Numbered from the stretch's first letter, positions 8,558 to 18,330 are shown. The stretch is 42,863 nucleotides of DNA from a virus (IMGVR_UViG_3300020388_001444:1-42863), one strand, 5' to 3'. Made by a program: numbers and translations. The notes: generated by a model from the letters alone, not told the origin.

Positions 8558-10186
8558 TTATTCAAAGTTATTTTGAGTTTTTTTTAATGCGTTTAACAAA
8601 AACCAAATATTCCCTCTTTTTAGTGATGGATCTAAAGTCTTTTGATACTTATCTAAATAGATAATTAACTCATTAGTCACTTCTTTTTCTTTTTCTAGCT
8701 CCTTGGATGCACCTATAAAGTCCACTCTTCCATTTATAAAGGCTGCAAAATATCCAATATCTCGGCCTTTCCAACCAATTACTAATTGTTTTAAAGTTTC
8801 GATTTTTATTTCATGCAAAATCGGTCTTGTTTTATATCCTGCATCTGTATAAAGGCAAGAATTTTTGAATGACTTTCTCATTTCATTTATTAATTTAGTT
8901 AATTCTTGGCTTCTTTGATCTTTATAAATAGAATCAAGGTATCTATCTAATTCTAGCTCATATTTTTCTTCAACAAATGTTCGACTTCTCATCCCTTCAT
9001 AATTTTCAAACTGTTTTGAACTAGCAATATTATTAATTTTTTCAAAAGTTATTCTTTCATCTTCTTCTAAAAAGCCTTTTGAAACTAAAAATTCATAGTA
9101 ATCAAAACATTCAAAAAACTTCTGTACGACAACATTTTGTTCATTCAGTATGTAATTTTTAAGTTCTTCAGCACCTTTTTCAAAGTCTTGTTCTGATAAT
9201 GTGTATACTTGGCTATAAAGAAGCTTATCTAAATGTGAATCTTTCTGAGGAAGTGAACTTTCGGGAAAAATATTTTCGAAATTATTTTCCTTCCCCGTCA
9301 TGTATGAGAAAAAATTCTGGTGTTGTCTAAAAGAAAAAGCCTTGTAGTACTTATCATCTCGTTCAGTTATCTGCTCTTGGTTATCAACATAAAAACTTTT
9401 TGCGATAAAAATCCCGTCACTTATTATTTTTGATTTCGTTAGCTCATAGTCAATCCTAGAAAACTGTTCCAGATATAAAATAAGAGATTCAATGCGCTTT
9501 AAACTTCGTTTGAGAACCCTCAAATTGGTTAAATTGTTTTCTTTTATCAGTGTTATGATCAATTCTTCGTCTTTAGCTAACTTTTTTAACTCAGGCTTTA
9601 TAGCTAAAAATAACTCTGTGGGACTCTGCCTAAAAATAATTGTTTCAGAGAATGTTTTTTCAGTAAAGGATTGTTCAAGGTTGAGTTTTTGTTCATCAGT
9701 AACGAAAATAAATTTATTTTCGCTTTGTGTAAGTGTTAAACATTCTCCAATAATATGCTTTTTTAAAGAAGAACACTCGATACGCTCAATATCATCAATA
9801 ATAAATAATTCATCAGAAATATTTTTTAGCATATAGTGTTTTGCAGCACCTGCAGAGCCTTTAATAACGTTACTAATGATACTAGAACCACCTGTCACTT
9901 TCTCTGCTGTAGCAAGTAAATGTGTTAGATGGGTTACCCCTTTTGCATCATGCTTTTCTTCTAAATATCTTTTTGCTATTAATAAATCTTTAAAGTCATC
10001 TAGTGATGTAATGCCTAGTACCGATAGATATGTGATTTTATATTGGAATTTGGTTTTGAGTTCAGTTGTTAAAATTTTTTCAACATAGTAAGTTTTACCA
10101 ATGCCCCATCTACCAGTAAATATAATCATGGGTGGGTATGAGTCATCGTTGAATAGATCATTTATCTGAGTAGCGTAGTCTTGCAT
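8558..10186 (-). CDS. KAP-family P-loop NTPase (AT-rich moron)
   Basis: G.WG.GKT Walker A, IIDDIER Walker B, EK.F, N.R.LKR motifs; visibly AT-rich. Confidence 0.8.
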   Translation of the reverse strand: MQDYATQINDLFNDDSYPPMIIFTGRWGIGKTYYVEKILTTELKTKFQYKITYLSVLGITSLDDFKDLLIAKRYLEEKHDAKGVTHLTHLLATAEKVTGGSSIISNVIKGSAGAAKHYMLKNISDELFIIDDIERIECSSLKKHIIGECLTLTQSENKFIFVTDEQKLNLEQSFTEKTFSETIIFRQSPTELFLAIKPELKKLAKDEELIITLIKENNLTNLRVLKRSLKRIESLILYLEQFSRIDYELTKSKIISDGIFIAKSFYVDNQEQITERDDKYYKAFSFRQHQNFFSYMTGKENNFENIFPESSLPQKDSHLDKLLYSQVYTLSEQDFEKGAEELKNYILNEQNVVVQKFFECFDYYEFLVSKGFLEEDERITFEKINNIASSKQFENYEGMRSRTFVEEKYELELDRYLDSIYKDQRSQELTKLINEMRKSFKNSCLYTDAGYKTRPILHEIKIETLKQLVIGWKGRDIGYFAAFINGRVDFIGASKELEKEKEVTNELIIYLDKYQKTLDPSLKRGNIWFLLNALKKTQNNFE

Positions 10187-10219
10187 ATGAAGTTCCTTTT
10201 TAATTTAATACAAACTATG

Positions 10220-10417
10220 TCAACTCCTATAACTTTTCAAGACTTTATATGCCTCCCTATACTCATCCATTAAACCCGTTAAATTTAACCCCATAATTTT
10301 ACGTTGGTTGATGTAACGGGCTAACAAGTTTAAACCATATTCGTACTGCCACTGCTTAGGTTTAGCGCCGCCGCTAAGTTGTAACGCAGTGAGCAGTACA
10401 AAATTGTTATGCTTCAT
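10220..10417 (-). CDS. Hypothetical protein
   Basis: 65-aa ORF overlapping the mor stop. Confidence 0.65.
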   Translation of the reverse strand: MKHNNFVLLTALQLSGGAKPKQWQYEYGLNLLARYINQRKIMGLNLTGLMDEYREAYKVLKSYRS

Positions 10418-10818
10418 AATAAGTTAAGTTGTGTCTCGTGCGCCCGTTCGTCTTGGTATGCACTGTAAATGCTGCTTACTTGCTGGCGGGTTATTTTAAA
10501 ACGCTTAACCAGCTGCTGAATGTTGCAGGTTTTGGTGTCTAGCGCCTCACAAATTTGTTGATTGCGAATTTGCATAAGCACTTTGTGCAACATGGGTATT
10601 TGGTAGCTTGAGCCTACATTGGCATTTATTAGCTCTTTTACCAGGGCTTTTCCAAACACCTTAACTACTTCGTGATCGTCGGTTGGCTTTTCAGGGATAT
10701 AAAACATTTGCCCTTGTTGTTCGGTAAGTACGGCAATGGTTTGTTCAACCCCTAAGTGTTTAACAATGCGACGTAGGCCGTGGGGTAATGCCCGTAAATC
10801 TATGCTTGATTCGCTCAT
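10414..10818 (-). CDS. Mor/C family transcription activator
   Basis: LP..L..I...LG......L....G...YIP...RN..I plus C-terminal HTH (F.ITRQQV); Mu C position. Confidence 0.8.
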   Translation of the reverse strand: MSESSIDLRALPHGLRRIVKHLGVEQTIAVLTEQQGQMFYIPEKPTDDHEVVKVFGKALVKELINANVGSSYQIPMLHKVLMQIRNQQICEALDTKTCNIQQLVKRFKITRQQVSSIYSAYQDERAHETQLNLL

Positions 10819-11012
10819 GATTGCTCCTCAAATAAATAATCTAAGCCGTGCTCGCGATCAATTCGGCGTTGCTCTTGGTAGGCCTCTACATCACGGCGAA
10901 TACGGCATTCTTGCTTGTCTTTTTCTTTTACATTACGGTAGCGTTTTTCCTCTGTATAAGCGGCTTTACGCGGGTTAATAGTAAAGTTTTGGTACTCTTC
11001 GTAATTAGCCAT
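10815..11012 (-). CDS. Hypothetical protein
   Basis: 65-aa ORF with ATGA overlap into mor. Confidence 0.6.
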   Translation of the reverse strand: MANYEEYQNFTINPRKAAYTEEKRYRNVKEKDKQECRIRRDVEAYQEQRRIDREHGLDYLFEEQS

Positions 11013-11411
11013 TTACGCCCCCTGCTTTGCTTTATGGCGTGCAAGCCATTGCTTAAGTACTTCAATAATATGCGGCCACTGCTGGGCGCTTTGGCTGAGC
11101 TTTTTGCCTTGTAAGTGTTTTTCACAAAACGCATCGCAGGCCTGTTTTGAATCGATATTTACAGCGCCTGCGCGGCTCAATTGGCCCCACAGGCTGTAAA
11201 TCATTTTTAGTTGTGCGGGTAACTGTGTTTTACCCGCATTTGGGTTCATAGCGCGGTAACGTGCAAGCAGTTGCTGTTGCTCAAGCTTGGTTAAACCTGT
11301 GCAGGTATTAACACGACCATCGCAAATGTACGACACATTAAGTTGGTGGGTATGTTGGTCGATACCCGCCGCCTTTTGTGCAATTTTGATTTGCTGAGTC
11401 AAGTTGCTCAC
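11013..11411 (-). CDS. Mu GemA/gp16-like regulatory protein (DUF1018)
   Basis: I.IA....GI, KMI..LW..L, IIE.LK.W..R motifs. Confidence 0.8.
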   Translation of the reverse strand: MSNLTQQIKIAQKAAGIDQHTHQLNVSYICDGRVNTCTGLTKLEQQQLLARYRAMNPNAGKTQLPAQLKMIYSLWGQLSRAGAVNIDSKQACDAFCEKHLQGKKLSQSAQQWPHIIEVLKQWLARHKAKQGA

Positions 11412-11767
11412 GCTATGTCCTCCAGGGCTTCAATTTCAAAGTGTGGCGCTTGGCCTATGCCAATAATTTTAATGCCCCAGTCTTTCATGCCGCTGGTATA
11501 AACCAGCGGAAAATCACGATAGATATTATTAAAACGTCTTGCTGTGTGGGCATGAGAGTTAATTTCATGCACATGGTGAATACTAAATAACTTGTCGGCA
11601 GCAAGTGTTGCAAAGGCCGCTTTAATGTTGCCATCGCATTTATCTATGAGCTCGCCTTGTGGGTCTTTTTTAGCAAGTAGGCTAAGCATTAATGCGTTTG
11701 TAACCAACGAGCTAAATGCTAAATGCGCCGTGTAACGTGATGTGTTTAATTTTATTGAAAATGCCAT
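11408..11767 (-). CDS. Hypothetical early protein
   Basis: 119-aa ORF with AAGGA SD, directly after muB. Confidence 0.65.
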   Translation of the reverse strand: MAFSIKLNTSRYTAHLAFSSLVTNALMLSLLAKKDPQGELIDKCDGNIKAAFATLAADKLFSIHHVHEINSHAHTARRFNNIYRDFPLVYTSGMKDWGIKIIGIGQAPHFEIEALEDIA

Positions 11768-11780
11768 GATTAAATCCTTA

Positions 11781-11808
11781 TTTAAATTATGTTTAAACGG
11801 CGTTTAAA
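11781..11808. repeat. Phased TTTAAA array 2
   Basis: TTTAAA at 11781, 11792, 11803. Confidence 0.75.
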
Positions 11809-13039
11809 CCGCTGGTTTATTAAGTACTGATGAAAAAATGCCATTAACTAACAGCTTGTCTACGGCGGTGTCTGGGTTTTTGTTGGTGTGGTTAAGCAAG
11901 TGCGGTAACAGGTTTTCAACCAGCTCACGGGCGTTACCTTCAACGCGTTTGTGCAGCCATTGCCACCATTTTGCATCATCTTGGGCGAGCTTTACGGTGC
12001 CTTCGGTGAGCTCTAAAAACAGGGTGCGAATGTCTTCAACGGTTATTTGGCCGATAGGTTTAGGCCAAAAGCATACGCGGCTTGCAATCAGTTCGTAGCG
12101 CTCTTGGGTTTGCAATTTGTCTACTAGTTGAATGTTGCCAACCAAGGTTACGCCTACAATGGCTTGGTCGCTTATGGTGCGCAGTGGGTCGAGCGAGTTT
12201 GGTTTGCATTTGTCGGCTTCGTCTAAAATTATTAGGCGGTCGGTATCACGCAGTGCTTGAATAATTTTTTGCATGTTTTTATACGCGCTTGGGCAGCGCG
12301 ATAAGCCCAGGGCTAAAGTTAGTTGCTCTAGCACTTGGGTACTGCTGGTTTGCTCACTGCCAGCAATTAAAATGGCCTCTTTGTTTTGGCGGCAATATTC
12401 CGTAATACCTTTGGTTTTACCCAGCCCTGCTTGGCCTGCAAATACACTAAAGCGTTTACGTTGGCGAGCTTGGTCGCATGCCATAGCAATAAGCTTAGAT
12501 GTACTGGTAGGAATAAAGCGCACATCACCGTATACAATACTTATATGCTTACGCTCTATGTTTGGTTTGCCTTGTTCAAGTTCTGCAGGGCAAATAAGTG
12601 CCCAAATATCGTGTAAGTGCTTAGTAGGCTTGGCGTTGTATTTACCGTTAATAAGTTGGCTTATTGATGCAGGGCTTTTACCCATGCTCACAGCAATACT
12701 GGCACTGGTAATGTTTTGGTCGCGTATTTCGGGTGATTGCAAACGCAAGCAAATACGCGCTGCCAGTTCGCGATCAGCTTTGTTGTACGATTTATTAAAG
12801 CCGTTACGTTTTTCAATGTCGGTAATAGCGGCTTCACCAAATAGCTTATGCCACAAAGCCACAATGACTTTTTCAGGGTTAATGGTGCATTTATTTGCTA
12901 GTACTTCTTTAACTGATTGCAGTGCAAAACCACAGTTAAGTTCCTCAATACTCATGCCTGTGGTGCTTAGCTCTTGGTTTATAAGCTCAACTCGGTGCGA
13001 TTGTTCTTCTGTATATGGGTGTGGTTGGCTATAGCTCAT
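11804..13039 (-). CDS. MuB-like AAA+ transposition ATPase with N-terminal HTH domains
   Basis: G.AGLGKT, IILDEAD, L.G, SR motifs; follows transposase; likely start ATG 13039 with AAGGA SD. Confidence 0.9.
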   Translation of the reverse strand: MSYSQPHPYTEEQSHRVELINQELSTTGMSIEELNCGFALQSVKEVLANKCTINPEKVIVALWHKLFGEAAITDIEKRNGFNKSYNKADRELAARICLRLQSPEIRDQNITSASIAVSMGKSPASISQLINGKYNAKPTKHLHDIWALICPAELEQGKPNIERKHISIVYGDVRFIPTSTSKLIAMACDQARQRKRFSVFAGQAGLGKTKGITEYCRQNKEAILIAGSEQTSSTQVLEQLTLALGLSRCPSAYKNMQKIIQALRDTDRLIILDEADKCKPNSLDPLRTISDQAIVGVTLVGNIQLVDKLQTQERYELIASRVCFWPKPIGQITVEDIRTLFLELTEGTVKLAQDDAKWWQWLHKRVEGNARELVENLLPHLLNHTNKNPDTAVDKLLVNGIFSSVLNKPAV

Positions 13040-14693
13040 AGGTTTGTTCCTTGCGTTCATTAGGTTGATCAAGTAATTCGTTTAGGTCGATTTCGTGCTG
13101 CGCCTGTGTTGGCGTTACATCAAAATCAAAAATGTTTATGGGTGCTTGCTGTGCCTCAATACCCTTAATAGGTGCAGCAAACTTAGTTACAGACTCAACA
13201 TCAATAATGCGGTCTTGGGTTTCTTGAGCTTCGATTTCACGGCGCTTGGTGTCGATGCGTTTTAAGCGGCCAGTTCGGCGTTTGCTTTCGGCTTGCTCAA
13301 TACGTGACGTAGGCACTGCATGCGATTTAGTTTTTAAGTTAGCGAACATTAAAAACTCACCGTTTAGCTTATAAAGTTTGGTGTAGCTGTCGTCGTGCAG
13401 GTCGTAGGCGGCAATGAGTTCTTGGCCATTAAACTGGTGTAAAAAGTCGGCGCTGTAATCACGTTGGTGCAAGCGAAAACGGCCACGACGAATGTTTACG
13501 GTTTCGCGTGGTAGCATCACAAAGTCGCCCTCTACTGGTGGTACGCGCTCTATGTTTTCGTCCCATACTTGCTGGCGTGTTTTGCCCTTAACTTCAGGGT
13601 GTTCGCTGTTGTGGTAGTCGTTTAAAAAGGCTTTAAACTCAGCTATCCATTCGTCTACAGTAGGCAGTTTACGTTTGCCTTGTTTAGCCTCTTTAAGTAC
13701 CAGTTGCTTATGGCGATCGTCGTGGTCGCGCCCGCAATACGTGCTAAAGCGTTTACCCACGCGGTCTTCCATGTGTAAAAAGAACCGCTCTATCCACTTA
13801 ACCCGTGCATTACCTGGTATGGCAAAAATAACGTCTATTTCAAACTGGGCGTAAAAGCCAGTTGTATCGTCGTTCATGAGTTTGTTTTTGTAGCCTGAGC
13901 CGTTATCTAGGTAAAACATGGCAGGCACGTTGTTATGCACTTTAATAGCGCGACTTATTGCTGCTAGCGTATCGAGTGTGCTTTCGGCATAGCCAAGTTC
14001 CCAGCCCACAATGCAGCGGCTTGCTACGTCTTGAAACGCGGTTAACTCAGCACGGTAAGGCTTACCTGTTTTAGGGTGCGCTAGGTATACGTCGAGCGTG
14101 TGGCCATCGCCGTTATACATAACGCCTGGCTTAATATTATTAGTAGAGCGCAACAAATGATCTTTATGTTTTTCACGGTAAAGTTTTGCACCCATACGAT
14201 ACGGGCTTTGTGGGCCAAGCTCGTGCGGCAGTGCATTAATAAAGCGGCGCACTTGGTGATGCTCGGCCTTGTAACCCTCTTTATTTAGTTGGTCGCTCAC
14301 TTGTGCGAAGCTTGGGCTGTTTGGGCTGTGATAAAGCTCAAGGCAGCGGGCAAGCCAGCTGTACTGGGTTTGTGCTTTACCTTTATGGTTAGGTAATAGG
14401 CCGTTAATGCCGTTGTCTTTGTAGGCATTGCACCAGTTATAAATGGTTGCACGCCCTGGTAACTTACCCAGTGCATCAATAGCGCTAATAAGTGTGCCCA
14501 GCGCTGTATTGGTGCGGTAGGCATTAACCAGTGCTTCAAACGCTTTTGGTAACGCGCATTCTTGGGTTAATAGATGGCGTACTATTACCGCCCTACTTTG
14601 GGCTTTTTTACGGGCTGTTTCGCTGGCATTTTGCCAACTCAGCTCGTTACCTGTGCTTGGTAACTTATTGTATTTTTGAACTGCAGGATGCAT
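13029..14693 (-). CDS. MuA-like DDE transposase
   Basis: GDGHTLD, YLDNGSGY and IERFF triad; YHN..H; Mu-type C-terminal domain. Confidence 0.92.
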   Translation of the reverse strand: MHPAVQKYNKLPSTGNELSWQNASETARKKAQSRAVIVRHLLTQECALPKAFEALVNAYRTNTALGTLISAIDALGKLPGRATIYNWCNAYKDNGINGLLPNHKGKAQTQYSWLARCLELYHSPNSPSFAQVSDQLNKEGYKAEHHQVRRFINALPHELGPQSPYRMGAKLYREKHKDHLLRSTNNIKPGVMYNGDGHTLDVYLAHPKTGKPYRAELTAFQDVASRCIVGWELGYAESTLDTLAAISRAIKVHNNVPAMFYLDNGSGYKNKLMNDDTTGFYAQFEIDVIFAIPGNARVKWIERFFLHMEDRVGKRFSTYCGRDHDDRHKQLVLKEAKQGKRKLPTVDEWIAEFKAFLNDYHNSEHPEVKGKTRQQVWDENIERVPPVEGDFVMLPRETVNIRRGRFRLHQRDYSADFLHQFNGQELIAAYDLHDDSYTKLYKLNGEFLMFANLKTKSHAVPTSRIEQAESKRRTGRLKRIDTKRREIEAQETQDRIIDVESVTKFAAPIKGIEAQQAPINIFDFDVTPTQAQHEIDLNELLDQPNERKEQTYEL

Positions 14694-14702
14694 TGCTCTC
14701 TC

Positions 14703-15623
14703 CTACTCGCGGGTTTTAATACGGTCGTTAAACATGGCGAGCATGTATTCACGGTTTGCTTGGGCGTCTTGCCATTCGTCTTCGGCAAATTGTGGTATGC
14801 ACTCAGCGCCGGCTAAATGCTCGGGGCCAAACTCGCCGCTTAAGCGGTTGAGCATGTGGGTAATGCGTTGTTGTATGCCTAACCATAAATGCCATGTGGT
14901 TTGTGCAGCACCTATCCGGTGGTTTAGGTCAAGATCGCGGGTATTACATAGTTGCTCGACCATGGCTATAAACTCTTCGAGCGACTCGTTAACAACGGCA
15001 TTATGTGCAAACGATTTTTGGCGCACCTGTGCAACCAGCATAGGCAGCTCGTACATTTGCTTTGGGGCTTTGGTTAAGCGCTCTGTTTCAAGGGCGTTTA
15101 TAAGCGTGGCTGTTTGTTGTTCAAGGTCGGTGTGCTTGTCTTTTAGCTTGCGAATTTCTTTACGGAACTCACGCACTGATAAATCGTTAAGCGTGTCTAG
15201 GTCGTCGTCATCTAACGATTCAACGGTTTCAACAGGCAAACGCGCCATTTCAATGAGTTTGCTTTTGTTCATGTTTAAAACGGCCGACGTCAGCCGTTTT
15301 GACTCTGGCAGCGCTAAAAACATTTTTGCTACAGCAATACAACTCCTTGCTGAACGTGGAGCAATGGAGTACTCATTTAACTTAGTTTCAAACTCACCGT
15401 GGCCTAAATGCATTTTGATCGACATATACAACAGCCCGCGCTTTGCGGTATCTACCAGCGCTTGCTCTTCCATACGCACAACCAATTGCCATGCGTCGTC
15501 AACTGAATCAGGCATTACAAGTTGTATGTGCCCTGCCATCTTTTCGATTTTGGCACTGAGTTGTTGTTGCTCTTCGGCACTAAAAACCTGAATTTCAGAC
15601 GGTTCTTGGTCTTTGATGGTCAT
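14703..15623 (-). CDS. DUF3102-domain protein
   Basis: G.....K..L.HGEF...L.....RSA...VA motif followed by a coiled coil; upstream of transposase as in many Mu-like phages. Confidence 0.7.
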   Translation of the reverse strand: MTIKDQEPSEIQVFSAEEQQQLSAKIEKMAGHIQLVMPDSVDDAWQLVVRMEEQALVDTAKRGLLYMSIKMHLGHGEFETKLNEYSIAPRSARSCIAVAKMFLALPESKRLTSAVLNMNKSKLIEMARLPVETVESLDDDDLDTLNDLSVREFRKEIRKLKDKHTDLEQQTATLINALETERLTKAPKQMYELPMLVAQVRQKSFAHNAVVNESLEEFIAMVEQLCNTRDLDLNHRIGAAQTTWHLWLGIQQRITHMLNRLSGEFGPEHLAGAECIPQFAEDEWQDAQANREYMLAMFNDRIKTRE

Positions 15624-15670
15624 TGTTTTAGCCTTAAATGGGTTTTATATCGAGTGGTGTAATGGTGACG

Positions 15671-16123
15671 TCATTCTTGATTATCGTCGTTTGTTAGTAA
15701 CGACTCAGCTATATAGCGCTGCATTGCGGTGCGCTCTTCTATTTCCATTTGTAGCTCGGCATGTTGTTGCAACAGTTGTGAACGCTGATCGACCGCTTTA
15801 AATAAAATAGGTTTTAGTAATATGTTGGCAGGCTCGGTTGAGCGCACGGCGTAACACAGTGCTGGTAAGAAATGCATTGGCATATAGTGAGCCTGGCTGG
15901 GGGCTAGCCATTTATTAAGTTTTGACTGATCAACCTCGTTATTTTGCGATCGCAATGCATCGTTCATACGGTCTGCTATTACTGGGCGACTAAAGCCTGA
16001 GCGCTTCATGGCTGAACATACACTGTGAATAAACAGGTGATATATATCGCAGTCTGGCGCTACATCGGCATCGAGGATGCTTTTAGTGAGTTGTTTTTGC
16101 TGTGCCATTGTTAAATTTTCCAT
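15671..16123 (-). CDS. Putative phage regulatory (HTH) protein
   Basis: SR..IA..M....V..S.L..W..P pattern; between ner and DUF3102. Confidence 0.6.
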   Translation of the reverse strand: MENLTMAQQKQLTKSILDADVAPDCDIYHLFIHSVCSAMKRSGFSRPVIADRMNDALRSQNNEVDQSKLNKWLAPSQAHYMPMHFLPALCYAVRSTEPANILLKPILFKAVDQRSQLLQQHAELQMEIEERTAMQRYIAESLLTNDDNQE

Positions 16124-16175
16124 GGTAAAAATCTCTTACACAATTACATTGATTAAGTGTGCTTTTTTGCCGATG

Positions 16176-16442
16176 CTATTGGTTACTGGCTAAAAGTTCG
16201 CGTAGTGCTTGTACTTTTTGGCTTCGGGTGTCTTTGTTTTTTACGTAGGCAGGAACATCGGGAAAAATAACCTCTACAGGTTCATCTATTATTTTGGCAA
16301 TAGCGGCAGCTACTTTGTATGAAGTAGTGTGTTGATAAACAACACTGCTTACATGAGATAAGTTTAAACCTAATGCAGCGGCAAGAATTGATAGAGAATA
16401 GCCTTTTTTGTCAAGGGCTTGTTTAATTTGCTCGGGTTTCAT
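16176..16442 (-). CDS. ner: Ner-like transcriptional regulator
   Basis: IK..L.KKG.SL..LA, IA..I..PV..IFP...Y; divergent from the repressor. Confidence 0.8.
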   Translation of the reverse strand: MKPEQIKQALDKKGYSLSILAAALGLNLSHVSSVVYQHTTSYKVAAAIAKIIDEPVEVIFPDVPAYVKNKDTRSQKVQALRELLASNQ

Positions 16443-16523
16443 TGTAAAGTACCTTTTGGTTTACATTCTCTTTTATGTACTTAAGCGAGACTTAAAAAAG
16501 AATGTTTTTGTTAATGTGCGGTG

Positions 16524-16553
16524 AGTATAGTTTCAACATATTGAAACTGTCAA
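16524..16553 (-). promoter_or_regulatory. Early promoter with repressor operator as its spacer
   Basis: Minus strand TTGACA-GTTTCAATATGTTGAAAC-TATACT; the 18-bp spacer is a GTTTCAA-N4-TTGAAAC palindrome. Confidence 0.85.
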
Positions 16554-16583
16554 CACTGTAAATTTCATTATTTAGCACTATTT

Positions 16584-16653
16584 GTTTCAATATTTTGTAT
16601 ATTATTGATATTGCTTGTAATTAAAATGGATGAAAGTTTCAATAAATGACAAC
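16584..16653. promoter_or_regulatory. Additional degenerate operator sites
   Basis: GTTTCAATATTTTGTATA (16584-16601) and GTTTCAATAAATGACAAC (16636-16653, overlapping the repressor ATG). Confidence 0.6.
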
Positions 16654-17320
16654 ATTCTTGCGCGATGAACGTAATAGGTTAGAACTCACTCAAGCTGAGG
16701 CATCAAAAGCAATAGGGGTAGGAAAGACAACTTTTCTCCGTTGGGAAGCTGGGAATCCAATTCCTTCTGATAAGTTAATTGCCTTATCCGATATTGGCTT
16801 TGACATTAACTATGTCCTTAAAGGTTGCAAAGAAGAGCCATTACCAGCTAAGTCATCACAAAGTTCCGCGCTGCAAACCAGTCATGCTGATTTAACACCC
16901 GTGCCGCAATACGATTTAGCGGCCAGTGCGGGAGGTGGTGCTTTAGTTATTGCCGAGCACCCTATTGCACGGTTTGAGCTTTCAACGCGTTGGCTGCAAC
17001 AAAATAACTTACATAATAAAAAATTAACTGTGGTACCTGTACGCGGCGATAGTATGGAACACACTTTGTGTGATGGTGATTTAACCTTGGTATCGCTAAT
17101 TGATGACCCTGCGGATGCACGTGAGGGTGTATGCGTACTCAGGTTTGACGATGAAATTTTTGTAAAACGCATTCAGTACGACTTTAAAAGTAAGGGTTAT
17201 AAAGTCACCAGTGACAATACAGCTTACTCAGGTTTTTTTGTTGAAGTTGAAGATATTGAATCTGGCAGGTTCACAGTGCTTGGCCGTGTTGAGCGCGTAC
17301 TGCAAAGGACGAAGGTTTGA
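16646..17320 (+). CDS. CI-like repressor (XRE HTH + S24 peptidase)
   Basis: LTQ.E....GV......WE.G HTH; SAG cleavage site, GDSM Ser, VKR Lys. Confidence 0.92.
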   Translation: MTTFLRDERNRLELTQAEASKAIGVGKTTFLRWEAGNPIPSDKLIALSDIGFDINYVLKGCKEEPLPAKSSQSSALQTSHADLTPVPQYDLAASAGGGALVIAEHPIARFELSTRWLQQNNLHNKKLTVVPVRGDSMEHTLCDGDLTLVSLIDDPADAREGVCVLRFDDEIFVKRIQYDFKSKGYKVTSDNTAYSGFFVEVEDIESGRFTVLGRVERVLQRTKV

Positions 17321-18138
17321 TGGACTTAGATGAATTTTTAAAACTTGGTTTATTTGCCTCTTTAACTGTAGCGGGGACAATCGGTTTCGCAAGAATATTT
17401 TTTAAAGGTTACATAGAGCAAAAAAGCAAAAATCTTGCTACCAAAGAAGATGTTTGTGAAATTACCCATATTGTTGAGAAAATTAAAACAGATAATGCTC
17501 ATACTTTAGAAAACATCAAAGCTGAACATGCTAAAAAATTAGAAGAAATCAGAAAAGAAAACCAATTATTAGTTTCTACCGTAGATAAACATTTAGCTCT
17601 AAAAATTAAAATTTATACTGATGCAATAGTGGCTTTTACATCTTTAGGACATAATTTACTCGAACTGATCGACTCTCAAAATAACTCAAATACCTTTAAT
17701 ACTGCAATAATAAATGAATCAAAAATAATATCTAAAGTTAGAGTTGTTGGCTCTATTGAAACCTGCGTTACTGCTCTAGAAGCTATGGCAATGTTCAATA
17801 AAATAGCCCTAGAACTTCAAAATAAGCGAGTTAGAATCTTAGTAGATAAGGATAGACTTGAATTATTAGAGAAAAAGAAAACATTAGAAAAAAATGAGAG
17901 TGAAGAGTTAGATAAATTAATAGACTCACAACTAGCAGATACGATTGATATTTCAAATCTCTGTTTGGAAAGAAATAATGAGTTTTCCGGTTTAGTCACA
18001 CGCTTTGTGTTTTCAGCTAGAAAAGAACTTGGTTTAGAAATAAATGAAGCAGAATTGATACAGGCTGAAAATAATAATACAAAATCAGTAAATGAATCAT
18101 TTGAATCTTTTATAAATGATATGGAAAAGATGCAATAG
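17320..18138 (+). CDS. Membrane-anchored coiled-coil moron protein coupled to the repressor
   Basis: TGATG stop/start overlap; N-terminal TM; K..NLATKED...IT motif; AT-rich. Confidence 0.75.
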   Translation: MDLDEFLKLGLFASLTVAGTIGFARIFFKGYIEQKSKNLATKEDVCEITHIVEKIKTDNAHTLENIKAEHAKKLEEIRKENQLLVSTVDKHLALKIKIYTDAIVAFTSLGHNLLELIDSQNNSNTFNTAIINESKIISKVRVVGSIETCVTALEAMAMFNKIALELQNKRVRILVDKDRLELLEKKKTLEKNESEELDKLIDSQLADTIDISNLCLERNNEFSGLVTRFVFSARKELGLEINEAELIQAENNNTKSVNESFESFINDMEKMQ

Positions 18139-18330
18139 AGCTCCCTGATTTCGATCAGCCAATAGATTTATAGAAACCTAAGCTTTTAACTACGAAATAT
18201 TCAATTTAGAAGGATCTAATTATGAAACATCAAAACTCAATTGAGTCAGATCACCTCGATTCACCAAAAAATAAGCTATCTTCTTTATGTATGATTGCAT
18301 CTTATAAAACAGATAAAAATAAGAAACGAT

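Noticed and set aside
12273-13034. 253-aa plus-strand ORF
   Set aside because: Antisense shadow of muB; Ser-rich composition typical of non-coding frames.
11804-14693. Tn7-like TnsB/TnsC or CAST element
   Set aside because: No TnsA, TniQ or Cas genes; the Ner, Mor and Mu head gene context indicates Mu A/B.
14734-15591. 285-aa plus-strand ORF
   Set aside because: Antisense shadow of the DUF3102 gene.
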